DNA of 64,000 bases from assembly GCA_965248145.1 (NCBI GenBank), contig OZ252091.1, positions 2,626,649-2,690,648 of the forward strand, given 5' to 3'. This DNA is from Gammaproteobacteria bacterium. GTDB taxonomy: Bacteria > Pseudomonadota > Gammaproteobacteria > Eutrophobiales > Eutrophobiaceae. A program made the position numbers and the translations under genes. Position 1 is the stretch's first letter, and the number at the start of each line of letters is the position of its first letter. The notes under the pieces are model-generated. The model did not search any database and was not told where the DNA came from. It saw nothing but the letters and a program-made list of their open reading frames with translations. Below are positions 17,320-26,935 of the stretch, in pieces.

Positions 17320-18744
17320 TTATAACGGTTTTGACAGGAAATCCCAGAAGACTATAAAAAAGATCGTCGACAGCGCCAGCGTCAGAAGCATAACCGGCAG
17401 GCCCTTCCTGAACCAGAGTCCGGGCGTGATGCGCAGGCTCGGATCATTCTCGTTTCTTGCCAAGCGCTCTGAAATCGTCACGATGAACACGTTTGCAGTG
17501 GACCCGATATGAGTCCCGTTGCCGCCCATACCAACCCCTACGGCCAATCCCCACCACAGCGGAGTGACATTAATCCCTGCCGATTCCATACTCAAAATGA
17601 TGGGTATCATCGCTGCCGTAAAAGGAATATTATCGATGGCCGCGGACAGGGCAGCCCCCGCCCACATCAATACGATGGTTGCCATCAGCAGGTCCTGTTG
17701 CACAAACGGTGTAATAAACTGGCCGAGATACATAAGAAACTGGCTGTGTTCCACACCGCCTACCAGCATGAATAATGAAATAAAGAACACCAGCAAGGTG
17801 ATTTCCACGTGTTCAAACGTGTTGTCCATGATGATTTTGCGGGAGGCATACATCAGCGCCACCATTCCTACCGCCGCGACAAACCAGGGCTCCCAGTGCA
17901 GGAGATGATGGAACATGAACAGAACCACCATGATCCCAAGGATGATTAAGGAAGCGTTCCATACTCTCTTGTTTTTCAACTCTACCGAGTAATCAGATAC
18001 GTCTTCAGGGATCTGGGCAAGTTCCTGTTTGAACAGGAATTTCAGCAGGACCAGCACGCCTATCCAGGCGATGAATACCGGTGGGACCATATGGATGGCA
18101 AAATCATTAAACGAGATATTTGCCGCCGAACCTATCATCAGGTTGGGAGGGTCGCCTACCAGGGTGGCAACGCCGCCCGTATCAGACAACAAGGCGGCAG
18201 CCAACAGGTAAGGGATCGGCGTAATCTTTTGCGCCCGGGCAATCAGGATGATAAGAGGGCCGAAAATGACCACTGTCGTGACATTATCCAGCAACAATGA
18301 TAAGACCGTAACGCAGCTGCCTATCAAGGCCAGTAATAAATATAACCGGCCTTTGCTGAAATTGGCGATCCGGTAAGCCAGCATATCGAAACCACCGGTG
18401 GGGATCATGATGGCAACCACGGTCATCATGGCGCCCAACAGGAAAACAACGTTCCAGTCCACGGCCTCTACTGCCAGTTCCGGTGAGTAAAAACCATAAA
18501 TCTGCCCCACAATCACCATGGTGACAGCGCCCCCTGCCGCTATCTTCATCCGTTCCAGACCGTGCAGCATTTCAGTAAAAATGCCGACAAAGGTGAGGGC
18601 CAGTATGATTGCCGACACCAGCATCGCTTCACTAAATACCAACGGGCCATCCACCGTCATTGCCTGTTCCTGCCCGGATACGGCAAGAGCCAGGGCGGGG
18701 AATAATACGGTTGCTAAAATCGTGAAGATAATTCTTATTATCAT
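17320..18744 (-). CDS. ArsB/NhaD-superfamily permease (anion or Na+/H+-type transporter).
   Basis: 474 aa, polytopic, with the LDNVTTVVIFGPLI and GDPPNLMIGS motifs typical of the ArsB/NhaD permease superfamily. Confidence 0.55.
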   Translation of the reverse strand: MIIRIIFTILATVLFPALALAVSGQEQAMTVDGPLVFSEAMLVSAIILALTFVGIFTEMLHGLERMKIAAGGAVTMVIVGQIYGFYSPELAVEAVDWNVVFLLGAMMTVVAIMIPTGGFDMLAYRIANFSKGRLYLLLALIGSCVTVLSLLLDNVTTVVIFGPLIILIARAQKITPIPYLLAAALLSDTGGVATLVGDPPNLMIGSAANISFNDFAIHMVPPVFIAWIGVLVLLKFLFKQELAQIPEDVSDYSVELKNKRVWNASLIILGIMVVLFMFHHLLHWEPWFVAAVGMVALMYASRKIIMDNTFEHVEITLLVFFISLFMLVGGVEHSQFLMYLGQFITPFVQQDLLMATIVLMWAGAALSAAIDNIPFTAAMIPIILSMESAGINVTPLWWGLAVGVGMGGNGTHIGSTANVFIVTISERLARNENDPSLRITPGLWFRKGLPVMLLTLALSTIFFIVFWDFLSKPL

Positions 18745-18895
18745 TATAAGTTCCTGATTTTTAATAAAAATAAACCGGCAATAAATTCAGCCATACTTCC
18801 AGTTAAAGCCAAACCTCGGATTATATCGGAAATAACTTTTGAAGTTTAGATAATCAACGTTACGTTTTTTTTACGTTGTGTCCTCTGTGGACTTG

Positions 18896-18978
18896 ACATT
18901 TGGGGTCAGAGTAAAAATACTCAACAATAAACCAATACCACCTGCCAATATGGCTGTATTTTTACTCTGACCCCAAAT
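18896..18978. repeat. Palindromic hairpin element (type B), second copy, with an adjacent half-site of the type A repeat at ~18877-18890.
   Basis: CATTTGGGGTCAGAGTAAAAATA ... TATTTTTACTCTGACCCCAAATG, preceded by TGTGTCCTCTGTGG. Confidence 0.7.
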
Positions 18979-19027
18979 GTATTTGTCTCCCTGAACCAGG
19001 GACGCCGATAGAGTATAATCGCTGATC

Positions 19028-19864
19028 ATGATGATGTGGGAAACAGTCAATGCAGGCATACAGTTTATCCTGCCTCACCGCCTGCTTTCAAAATTAATGT
19101 TCAAGGCGGCTCGTTGTTCCTGGCGTCCCTTGAAAAACACGTTGATTCGATTATTTATCCGTAAATATAAGGTTGATATGAGCCTGGCAGAGAGGTCTTC
19201 ACCGGAAGAGTTTCAGAGCTTCAACGATTTTTTTACCCGGGGATTGAAACCCGAAGTCCGGCCCATAGCATCCAGCGGTAACGGACTGATCTCTCCCGTT
19301 GACGCTACTATCAGCGCCGTGGGAACGATCGAGGATAACCGGATTTTCCAGGCAAAAGGTAAACAATACTCACTTGAAGGACTGCTTAACGGCGACAGGG
19401 AGCAAATCTCGTATTATCGGGACGGCAACTTCATCACCCTGTATCTCTCCCCCCGGGATTATCATCGAATACATATACCCGCGGATGGAGAGTTGCAATA
19501 CATGGCATACGTCCCTGGTCGATTATTTTCAGTCAACCCGGCAACAACAAATACAATCAATAACTTATTTGCCCGAAATGAACGCGTTATCACCACCTTC
19601 AGTTCACCCGTCGGCATGTTTTCAGTCATACTCGTAGGCGCAATTTTCGTAGGCTCCATGGAAACGGTGTGGCACGGGCAAATCACCCCCGCGGGTAAAC
19701 GGAAATACCACAGATGGCATTATGAACCCGGTACTGTGTTCAAACAGGGAGATGAAATCGGACGGTTTAATATGGGGTCAACGGTGATCATGCTCACACA
19801 GTCGAATAAAATCAATTGGGATATCACCGGGAACTGTGTGACCATGGGGCAGCGGATAGCCTAG
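19028..19864 (+). CDS. psd: Phosphatidylserine decarboxylase proenzyme.
   Basis: The FNMGSTV (LGST-type) self-cleavage motif near the C-terminus, a length of ~278 aa and overall Psd block order. Confidence 0.85.
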   Translation: MMMWETVNAGIQFILPHRLLSKLMFKAARCSWRPLKNTLIRLFIRKYKVDMSLAERSSPEEFQSFNDFFTRGLKPEVRPIASSGNGLISPVDATISAVGTIEDNRIFQAKGKQYSLEGLLNGDREQISYYRDGNFITLYLSPRDYHRIHIPADGELQYMAYVPGRLFSVNPATTNTINNLFARNERVITTFSSPVGMFSVILVGAIFVGSMETVWHGQITPAGKRKYHRWHYEPGTVFKQGDEIGRFNMGSTVIMLTQSNKINWDITGNCVTMGQRIA

Positions 19865-19943
19865 AGACAGATTGTTGCACTTATGACTTGAAACCGCCAG
19901 ACTTAATCTGAGGTTCGTTAAATCATTTTACAGATCTTAAAAT

Positions 19944-20588
19944 ATGTTGAGTTTAAAACCGTATGTATCAGAAATATCTGCCTTATCTCCCGGCACAGCT
20001 ATTCATCCCAAGGGCAAGCAACGCGTACAGGAAATTCTTAACGTTGCTACTGAAGTACTGGCGTTTGATGGTTATAGCGCATTCACAATGCGTAATATTG
20101 CGTCCAAACTGAATATCTCTCTTAGAAATCTCCAATATTATTTCCGAACAAAAAACAGCCTGTTTCAGGCAGTTGTTGAACGTATGATAAACCTTGAATT
20201 GAAAAGCGCTCAAGCAGCCGTAGATCAGCCAGGATTAACCCCTGAGGAACGGTTTAATTCATTTATTGATTACAGTATTCGAGATAATGAAACTCCCCTG
20301 ATACGAGGGTTCCAATTTGAATTGTGGGCGATGGCAACCCGAGATCAGTTTGCAGAAAAATGTCGAGATAATACGACATCTGCCTATTGCGACTTTATAT
20401 TTGATCTAATAAAACCACTTACACCAAATCTTTCGGCCAAAGAGAGAAGTGGAAAATCTGCCATTATTCTTGCGATGCTTCAGGGTATACCGTTAATCCA
20501 TGGCAAAGGTGTCAGCAAAACTCTCAAAATGAAGGGCATAGAGAAGCGAGTCAAGAAAGAAGCCCTGGCAATTTTAAAATCGGACTAA
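19944..20588 (+). CDS. TetR/AcrR-family transcriptional regulator.
   Basis: N-terminal HTH FTMRNIASKLNISLRNLQYYFRTKNSLF, typical of TetR. Length 214 aa. Confidence 0.8.
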   Translation: MLSLKPYVSEISALSPGTAIHPKGKQRVQEILNVATEVLAFDGYSAFTMRNIASKLNISLRNLQYYFRTKNSLFQAVVERMINLELKSAQAAVDQPGLTPEERFNSFIDYSIRDNETPLIRGFQFELWAMATRDQFAEKCRDNTTSAYCDFIFDLIKPLTPNLSAKERSGKSAIILAMLQGIPLIHGKGVSKTLKMKGIEKRVKKEALAILKSD

Positions 20589-20643
20589 ATGAGACTGTCT
20601 TGAGTTGCATTGCGATTGATTTTGTTATCTGTGATGTCGTTAT

Positions 20644-22125
20644 TTAAAAATAAGAATGAAACAGATTGTCCGGGTCGTATTTAGATGACAGCTCATTCAG
20701 CTTAATCCAGCTAGTATCAGAAAATGACTTCATCCTTCTCACAGGATTGGCCACATAGTTACTCTCATTTATATAGTGCCCTTTTGTGTACGGTTCCAAG
20801 AGCTGCATGGTCTTCTTCACCCAGGAATTATTTGTCGCGTCTTCATCGGGATTAGCCCAGATTGCATAGCAGGCCAAATATACATCACCTATCATAGAGA
20901 ATGCCGCATTCGGTAATTCTCCGGTATGTGGCTTCAAGAGCAATAAGATAGAAGAGTATACAGAAGGCATTTCTTTCACGTGAGAAATCAGTTCTGTAAC
21001 CAGTTTACCCACTCCATCATCCGACCAGAGGGCATCGACGTCCCACCGCAATCGCGGATATGCCGTCTCATCCCACATATAAAGGTCGGAAATGGGTGTG
21101 GGAGCATATTCATTTTTTTGCAGATATCCTGCAGGCGTATCTGTACCTGAGAGCGGGCTCAAGGCTGAACGAGCGGTTTCCAAAGTATCTGTAAATGCCG
21201 ATACCTGAGCAATACAAACCTTATCGACTTGTTTTCTCTGTTCAACATCCGGGTTTTCAGCCAGTATCAATAATGCTTCAACGTAAACCGGCATGGATCT
21301 GACTTTGATCTCCAACCAGTCAGCAATCTCTGTTGCGCGATCTACATGCCATATTAATGTCGTCGTCAATATGACTCCCGGATTCTTATATAAATCGAGG
21401 GTATACTGCGTGACAATGCCGAAGAAATCAGGACCTGCGCCCCTCGCAGCCCAGTAATAATCTGCGTTCTGGTTTTCATTTGCGCTGATCAGTTCGCCAT
21501 TTGCAGTAACAACCTCAACCTCGCGAATATTAAAGCAGGAGATACCCCCCCATGCCTCTCCATTCCAGCCCAACCCTCCACCCAGCAAAAACCCACCTAA
21601 TGGGACATTACCACAGTGAGCTGCGGGAAAGCTGAAACCGAATTTCGCAATTTCCGCGATGAAATCCTGTGCACGAATGGCCGGCTGTACCTTCGCCAGT
21701 CTGTTTTCTTTATCAACACTAATATCTTGTAGTAGCGACAGATCCAGCATGATCATGCCATCCTGCAAAAATGAAGAGTAATAACTGTGTCCGCCACAAC
21801 GTATAGATATTTTTTTGTTATTTCCCCTTGCAAACATTACTGTTTCGATCACATCATTGACTGAGCTGGCCTGAACCATTAGCGAAGGGTATTGTTTTGG
21901 TTTGACTTGTTGCCAGACAGAGCCTAATCTCTGAATTTCATAATCCGAGTCGGTTTTTACAATAGCCTTACCTGATATCAAGGTCTTGAATGTCTCTATG
22001 GTGGGTTGTTTGGTGGTCTTGGCCAGCAGGCGCAGCGGCGACAACAGAGCACCGGCAAACAGGCCCTGTAAAATGGTAATCAATCGGTTTAGCAGGTCTC
22101 TCCTTGACAGCCTGAACTTATTCAT
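20644..22125 (-). CDS. Tat-exported FAD-binding oxidoreductase (berberine-bridge-enzyme-like / FAD-linked oxidase).
   Basis: Start chosen at MNKFRLSRRDLL (twin-arginine motif). It carries an FAD-binding PCMH-type domain and a BBE-like C-terminal region. Confidence 0.7.
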   Translation of the reverse strand: MNKFRLSRRDLLNRLITILQGLFAGALLSPLRLLAKTTKQPTIETFKTLISGKAIVKTDSDYEIQRLGSVWQQVKPKQYPSLMVQASSVNDVIETVMFARGNNKKISIRCGGHSYYSSFLQDGMIMLDLSLLQDISVDKENRLAKVQPAIRAQDFIAEIAKFGFSFPAAHCGNVPLGGFLLGGGLGWNGEAWGGISCFNIREVEVVTANGELISANENQNADYYWAARGAGPDFFGIVTQYTLDLYKNPGVILTTTLIWHVDRATEIADWLEIKVRSMPVYVEALLILAENPDVEQRKQVDKVCIAQVSAFTDTLETARSALSPLSGTDTPAGYLQKNEYAPTPISDLYMWDETAYPRLRWDVDALWSDDGVGKLVTELISHVKEMPSVYSSILLLLKPHTGELPNAAFSMIGDVYLACYAIWANPDEDATNNSWVKKTMQLLEPYTKGHYINESNYVANPVRRMKSFSDTSWIKLNELSSKYDPDNLFHSYF

Positions 22126-22651
22126 CGGAAGAAAATGCAGAAACCAAGGCCGCAGTATCGATAAACTCTTCAAACGCGATCACCTGGCCCCCGGCCAGCG
22201 TATACATGTGGATCCAATTTGATTGATATTCCTTACCGGTATTCTTGACCTGCATGTGCTCATAACCTACAACAAGCACTTTGTCGCCACTGGCCTCAAA
22301 GGAAAAGATTTTTTGCTCCAGCACATCTATACGTGCAAAGGCAGTTTCAAAAAATTGAACCACACCTGCCTTACCCTCAAATTTGCCTGCAAAAGGAATT
22401 TGTTCCGAATCCCCTGGATGCAGCCAGACAATGTCTTCATTCATACTATCGAGAATGGCCTTCATATCTCCTGCCGCAAAACCTTTATATATTGCTTCCA
22501 CAATCTCAAGGTTATTCATCTTGCTCATTGTTTCATTCCCATTATTACTGCATCCAGACTGAGAATGTACAAGGAATAAAATAACGATACTGACTGAAAT
22601 CAACTTGTTCAATGAATAAAATCCTGGTCTTGTTGTAATGAAAACGAACAT
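22118..22651 (-). CDS. NTF2/SnoaL-like lipoprotein.
   Basis: Lipobox ...LVHSQSGC followed by a ketosteroid-isomerase-like (NTF2-fold) domain. The start is ambiguous. Confidence 0.45.
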   Translation of the reverse strand: MFVFITTRPGFYSLNKLISVSIVILFLVHSQSGCSNNGNETMSKMNNLEIVEAIYKGFAAGDMKAILDSMNEDIVWLHPGDSEQIPFAGKFEGKAGVVQFFETAFARIDVLEQKIFSFEASGDKVLVVGYEHMQVKNTGKEYQSNWIHMYTLAGGQVIAFEEFIDTAALVSAFSSDE

Positions 22652-22754
22652 GCCAATTACGACAGTCAGCATTAATGATATCAACAACCCGATCCTGCTG
22701 TGCTCTACTTTGCCGCCAGTAGTAGTCAAGATTGACGTCGCCATTGCCTTCCCG

Positions 22755-23897
22755 TCAATGCTGGGTCGTCAGATGATGTCCGTAGGGTTCGGATACCGTA
22801 ACGGGTTCGCGGGCCTTTTGTACCAGTTTACCGTCCTCCACGTTGAAGTATTCCTCCTTGGGTTCCTCCAGGGCGTCCCGGTTCTCCTCCCGGTCCACAC
22901 TGTAGATATCTCCGTTGGGACCTGTGCTTTCGGCCAGGATGACATTGATTTGCTCGTAGTCTTCCTCATCCAGTGAAAAATCGAACACCCTCAGGTTCTC
23001 CTGCATATGCCGGGTATGGCGTGCTCCTACTATGACCGCACCTACCTGTTCCTGCCCCAGCACATAACGTACAGCGACGTTGCCTGTGCTTACGCCGTGT
23101 TTACCACTGATGTCTTTCAAAGTCTGCAGGAGACGCTGGAATAGTGCCCAGCCGCCGAAGTCACAGACGATGCGGTAGTACTTGTCCAGAGATACGTTCT
23201 CGAAGGCCGGCTTGCCCGGATCCGGGACCCCCAACCACTTGTCGCTGAAAAGGCCTCCCCCGAGAGCGCCGTAACACAGGAGTTTCATATCATGGTTTGC
23301 ACAGAGTTCCACCATCCCATTTTCAGGCCGACGGTCCGTCATCGAGTATTGCACCGTATTGGAGACCAGGTCCACACCTGCATCCAGGATTTCTTTTGTG
23401 TGTTTTACATCGTAATTGGTGACAGCCAGCTTGTCTATCTTACCCGCCTGCTGCAGTTTCTGCAGATACAGCGCCATGTCCACGTGGCCCGGGATGGCGA
23501 ATTCCCACCAGTGCATCTGTATAAGGTCGATGCATTCCTGTCCAAGCCGATCCAGGGAACGGTCTATAATCTTCTCAACGTCAGCATAAGTGTGGTTCCT
23601 GAGGTTTTCCCCTTCAAGAAAGTACGGCACATAGGTTGTGAAGACCTTGATACTACCGGCTGCCTCTTCACCGTAGCGGTCTTTATATATCTGGCGGAAT
23701 TTACCCAGCTTTGCCTCCACGCCGGCATAGATATCACCACAGACATAAGTGGTCATGCCGGCTTCGGCAAAGGTGATAAGATCTTCCATCAATTCATTTT
23801 CATCGAACTCCTTGTCACTGTGGTCTTCCGCTATCTGCCAGTTGCCTTTCAACAGGCGGGGAATAGTATAACCAGGTCTTAGTTCTACGGTTTCCAT
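22755..23897 (-). CDS. Aldo/keto reductase family oxidoreductase.
   Basis: AKR signature blocks (…LDTAxxYG-type N-terminus, GxGxxxxxxxLG-like C-terminus). Length 380 aa. Confidence 0.75.
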   Translation of the reverse strand: METVELRPGYTIPRLLKGNWQIAEDHSDKEFDENELMEDLITFAEAGMTTYVCGDIYAGVEAKLGKFRQIYKDRYGEEAAGSIKVFTTYVPYFLEGENLRNHTYADVEKIIDRSLDRLGQECIDLIQMHWWEFAIPGHVDMALYLQKLQQAGKIDKLAVTNYDVKHTKEILDAGVDLVSNTVQYSMTDRRPENGMVELCANHDMKLLCYGALGGGLFSDKWLGVPDPGKPAFENVSLDKYYRIVCDFGGWALFQRLLQTLKDISGKHGVSTGNVAVRYVLGQEQVGAVIVGARHTRHMQENLRVFDFSLDEEDYEQINVILAESTGPNGDIYSVDREENRDALEEPKEEYFNVEDGKLVQKAREPVTVSEPYGHHLTTQH

Positions 23898-23915
23898 ATT
23901 CTGCTTCTTTTATCG

Positions 23916-24272
23916 TTAATCTTCAGGTGTGGGAGTCAGGGTATTCTCACTGTGACGGTAGACGCGTTTCTCACCACGAGTGATGAGAAAGCGTCCACCG
24001 CAGTTGGGGTCCGGGCAAGCAATGATGGCATCGGTACTCATCCAGTCGTATTTTTGTGTTTCACGTTGTTTTGCAGGCAGTAACGGTAATATTGCCGCAA
24101 GGGAATACATGGGGAAACGCACACCTGGAGGGAATTCGATTAGATCATCATCAGTAACGGTGAAATAGTCACCCTCTTTGTGCTGGCAAACCATGGGCTT
24201 GCCAGCATCACCGGCAATCACTTCTACCTTCAAATCATATAACTCGTACTCATCGCTCATAGAATTACCCAT
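23916..24272 (-). CDS. Small conserved protein, TIGR04076-like.
   Basis: About 118 aa with the YELYDLKVEVI...CPDP...FLITR pattern. Weak family recall. Confidence 0.35.
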   Translation of the reverse strand: MGNSMSDEYELYDLKVEVIAGDAGKPMVCQHKEGDYFTVTDDDLIEFPPGVRFPMYSLAAILPLLPAKQRETQKYDWMSTDAIIACPDPNCGGRFLITRGEKRVYRHSENTLTPTPED

Positions 24273-24323
24273 CGAAAAGCAGATATAAAAAAGAGAGAGC
24301 TTTATGCGCTCCTCATGGTAGCC

Positions 24324-26615
24324 TTACCATCGATAACCTACGGTACCGCCAAACCAGCGTGGTGCGGCCACCACAGGCTGCGTTACACCGGTGATTGTTG
24401 TTATGTCAAAATTAGTGTGAAAGTATTCCTCATCGTTAAAATTTTTCACCCATAGTTTTAGTAACCAATGCTCATCCCCGGACATCCATTGTATATGGGC
24501 GTTGGCAACCGTATAGGATTCACCGACCAAAGCGGGGTCGCCAATGGCATTCAGCGGGCGGTCATCCACGTAGTTCATATCGATCTGGGCCGCCATGCGG
24601 CCACCAAAAGCGGCCCATTCATAACGACCCAAGGCATTAAAGCTGACATCCGGCGCATTAGGCATCTGCCGATCAATGACTCCTCCCGCCCCGGCCAGAT
24701 TCTTCTGTTCCGCATCCAGTAGAGACAGGCCAAACAGAAAATCCCAACCTTCCCAAGGGTTCACAGTCAATTCTATTTCAGAACCTAATACTTCCGCATC
24801 CACATTGAACAGAATCAGACTGGGCCCCTGCTGGGTGAAGGTCTGAAAATCGTTGTAATCAGTATAGAAAACTGAAGCGTTCAAACGGGCCTTGCCGTCA
24901 AACAATTCTGACTTGAAACCACCTTCATAGGTTATCGGCAGTTCAGCGTCATAAGTAATATCACTGGCAAGGAAGAAGGAAATTATGCCGCCATTAAAGC
25001 CGCCCGCCTTGTGGCCGCGAGCAATCTTGCCATAAACCAATAAATCCTCATTCACATGCCAGTCCAGCTCCACGTGGCCGGACCAGTCGCCTTCCGTTCG
25101 TTCAGTTTCAGGGAGACCCGTAGCCTGGATAAAAGGATCGAGCACCAGACAGTCGGCAGCATTTAAACCGGCCAAGTCGGGAAGGAAAGTACATCGTGGC
25201 GTAATGGAGAAGTCCTTCTCATCTTCAGTCCAGCGGAATCCGACAATACCGGTTATGCTGTCGTTCAAGTCATATTCACCCTGGCCGAAAAAAGCGTAGG
25301 TGGTGGTCTCAAGAGACCAAAGGTTATCCAGAGCTATTCCCAGGGACCCCGTAGCTTCAACGCCTGTGCGGCCATTACCGTCTATATCCAGGTAGTAAGC
25401 GCCAAGTACCCAACGCACGCGATCCGTCTCGCCGGCCAATCGCAATTCCTGTGAAAACTGATTACTCTCCATATCCTGGAAGAAGTGAAACAGGGTCGCT
25501 GGTGAGCTATCCGAATCTTCGTTATAGCGCTTTTTAAAGTCCTGCCAATCAGTAATAGAGGTAATAATGCCAAAGTCCGTTTCGTATTCAATGGTGCCAG
25601 TAATACCATAGTGATCGCGCTCAAAATACGAATCAAAATTGGTAGAAGCCCGAAATGGGCCGTCACTATTAAAGTTGCCAAAACAGTCAGCAGCGCCCAG
25701 TGCAGGAGTGATAAAGCCCGGTGGCAAACCATTCACTACCGGCAATACATTGGAACAATAATCAAAATGCGAGGTTGGATTGGCCAGTTTGACATAACCA
25801 TCACCGGGCAAACCGGCTATCCCACCGAAGTCCGTTACAGCAGGACGGATATCATAGATATCGGCATTGGTGTCATCCGTCGCCCAACGTCCGGCAACGA
25901 GTACTGATAATCTGTCATTGGGTTCAAACAGCAATTGTGCACGACCGCTGTAGTTGCCCACGTCATGGGAATCAGGCCCGGTGCTGTTCTCAATATAGCC
26001 ATCCGTGTCCTCATGATACATCGACAACCGACCTTTGAGTGATTCTGCCAATGGGCCACTGATAGCACCTTCCGCCTTAATCTGCCCGTATTCCCCTCCG
26101 GTCAGTTCGATATAGCCTTCCTGTTCATCCGTCGGCTTGGCCGAGATAATATGCACCAGGCCAGCGGTTGCATTGCGGCCAAATAATGTACCTTGTGATC
26201 CTCTCAGCACTTCGATACGTTCGAGATCATAGAAGTTAAAACCAACTCCTGCCAGGTAGCTGTTATATGCGCCATCTATGTACACAGCAACCGGACCTTC
26301 CTGTTGATCGTTAAAATCCAGCTGGCCGGCGCCACGCATGGTAAATGCTGTAGTTGTACCGCCTCCAAAATCGGTAACAATCAATCCGGGGGTTTGATTA
26401 TCGATACCCTGTGTGGAGGAAATGCCCAAAGCCTTCATTTGCTCGCCTGTAAACGCGGTAACCGAAATCCCGACATCAGACAGGTTTTGTTCCCTTTTTT
26501 GTGCAGTAACTATCACTTCTTCAAGGACTTGTGCATTGAGACTTGTCGCGATAAACAATACGGACAACAGGAAAAAAATATAAAATTTCAGGTAATAAAA
26601 GTCATATCTTTTCAT
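24324..26615 (-). CDS. TonB-dependent outer-membrane receptor.
   Basis: Signal peptide, plug-domain motifs (EEVIVTAQKREQNL, RGSQGTLFGRNATAG) and a 22-strand barrel length (763 aa). Confidence 0.85.
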   Translation of the reverse strand: MKRYDFYYLKFYIFFLLSVLFIATSLNAQVLEEVIVTAQKREQNLSDVGISVTAFTGEQMKALGISSTQGIDNQTPGLIVTDFGGGTTTAFTMRGAGQLDFNDQQEGPVAVYIDGAYNSYLAGVGFNFYDLERIEVLRGSQGTLFGRNATAGLVHIISAKPTDEQEGYIELTGGEYGQIKAEGAISGPLAESLKGRLSMYHEDTDGYIENSTGPDSHDVGNYSGRAQLLFEPNDRLSVLVAGRWATDDTNADIYDIRPAVTDFGGIAGLPGDGYVKLANPTSHFDYCSNVLPVVNGLPPGFITPALGAADCFGNFNSDGPFRASTNFDSYFERDHYGITGTIEYETDFGIITSITDWQDFKKRYNEDSDSSPATLFHFFQDMESNQFSQELRLAGETDRVRWVLGAYYLDIDGNGRTGVEATGSLGIALDNLWSLETTTYAFFGQGEYDLNDSITGIVGFRWTEDEKDFSITPRCTFLPDLAGLNAADCLVLDPFIQATGLPETERTEGDWSGHVELDWHVNEDLLVYGKIARGHKAGGFNGGIISFFLASDITYDAELPITYEGGFKSELFDGKARLNASVFYTDYNDFQTFTQQGPSLILFNVDAEVLGSEIELTVNPWEGWDFLFGLSLLDAEQKNLAGAGGVIDRQMPNAPDVSFNALGRYEWAAFGGRMAAQIDMNYVDDRPLNAIGDPALVGESYTVANAHIQWMSGDEHWLLKLWVKNFNDEEYFHTNFDITTITGVTQPVVAAPRWFGGTVGYRW

Positions 26616-26935
26616 TTTTCACACTCCCAAAAAATCAGCCGCCGCTACATCCACAAAATTCTTTTATGGATCATTACAATGCTTAAGAAACTCTGATTTA
26701 ATCAGAGTTTCCTGCGACACGTCCTTGTGTTATTACAATTATACGTCAATTGACTAAGTTTAGTCGTATGACGTATTTTTTTGCAAGTAATAATCATAAA
26801 ATAGTTTCCTTAAACAGGCAAAACGCTTCATTCCCGAGGATGAGTTGCGGGCAGGATTCTTTTCAGATTGACTGGACGGGGATCTTAAACGATTATCCGT
26901 AACCAGACGAGATAGCCTGCGGACATCAGCAGGAG

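Noticed and set aside
26304-26696. 130-aa plus-strand ORF overlapping the N-terminus of the TonB-dependent receptor gene.
   Set aside because: It lies fully antisense to a well-supported TBDR signal-peptide/plug region and has no recognisable motifs. Only its last few codons coincide with the recurrent hairpin motif.
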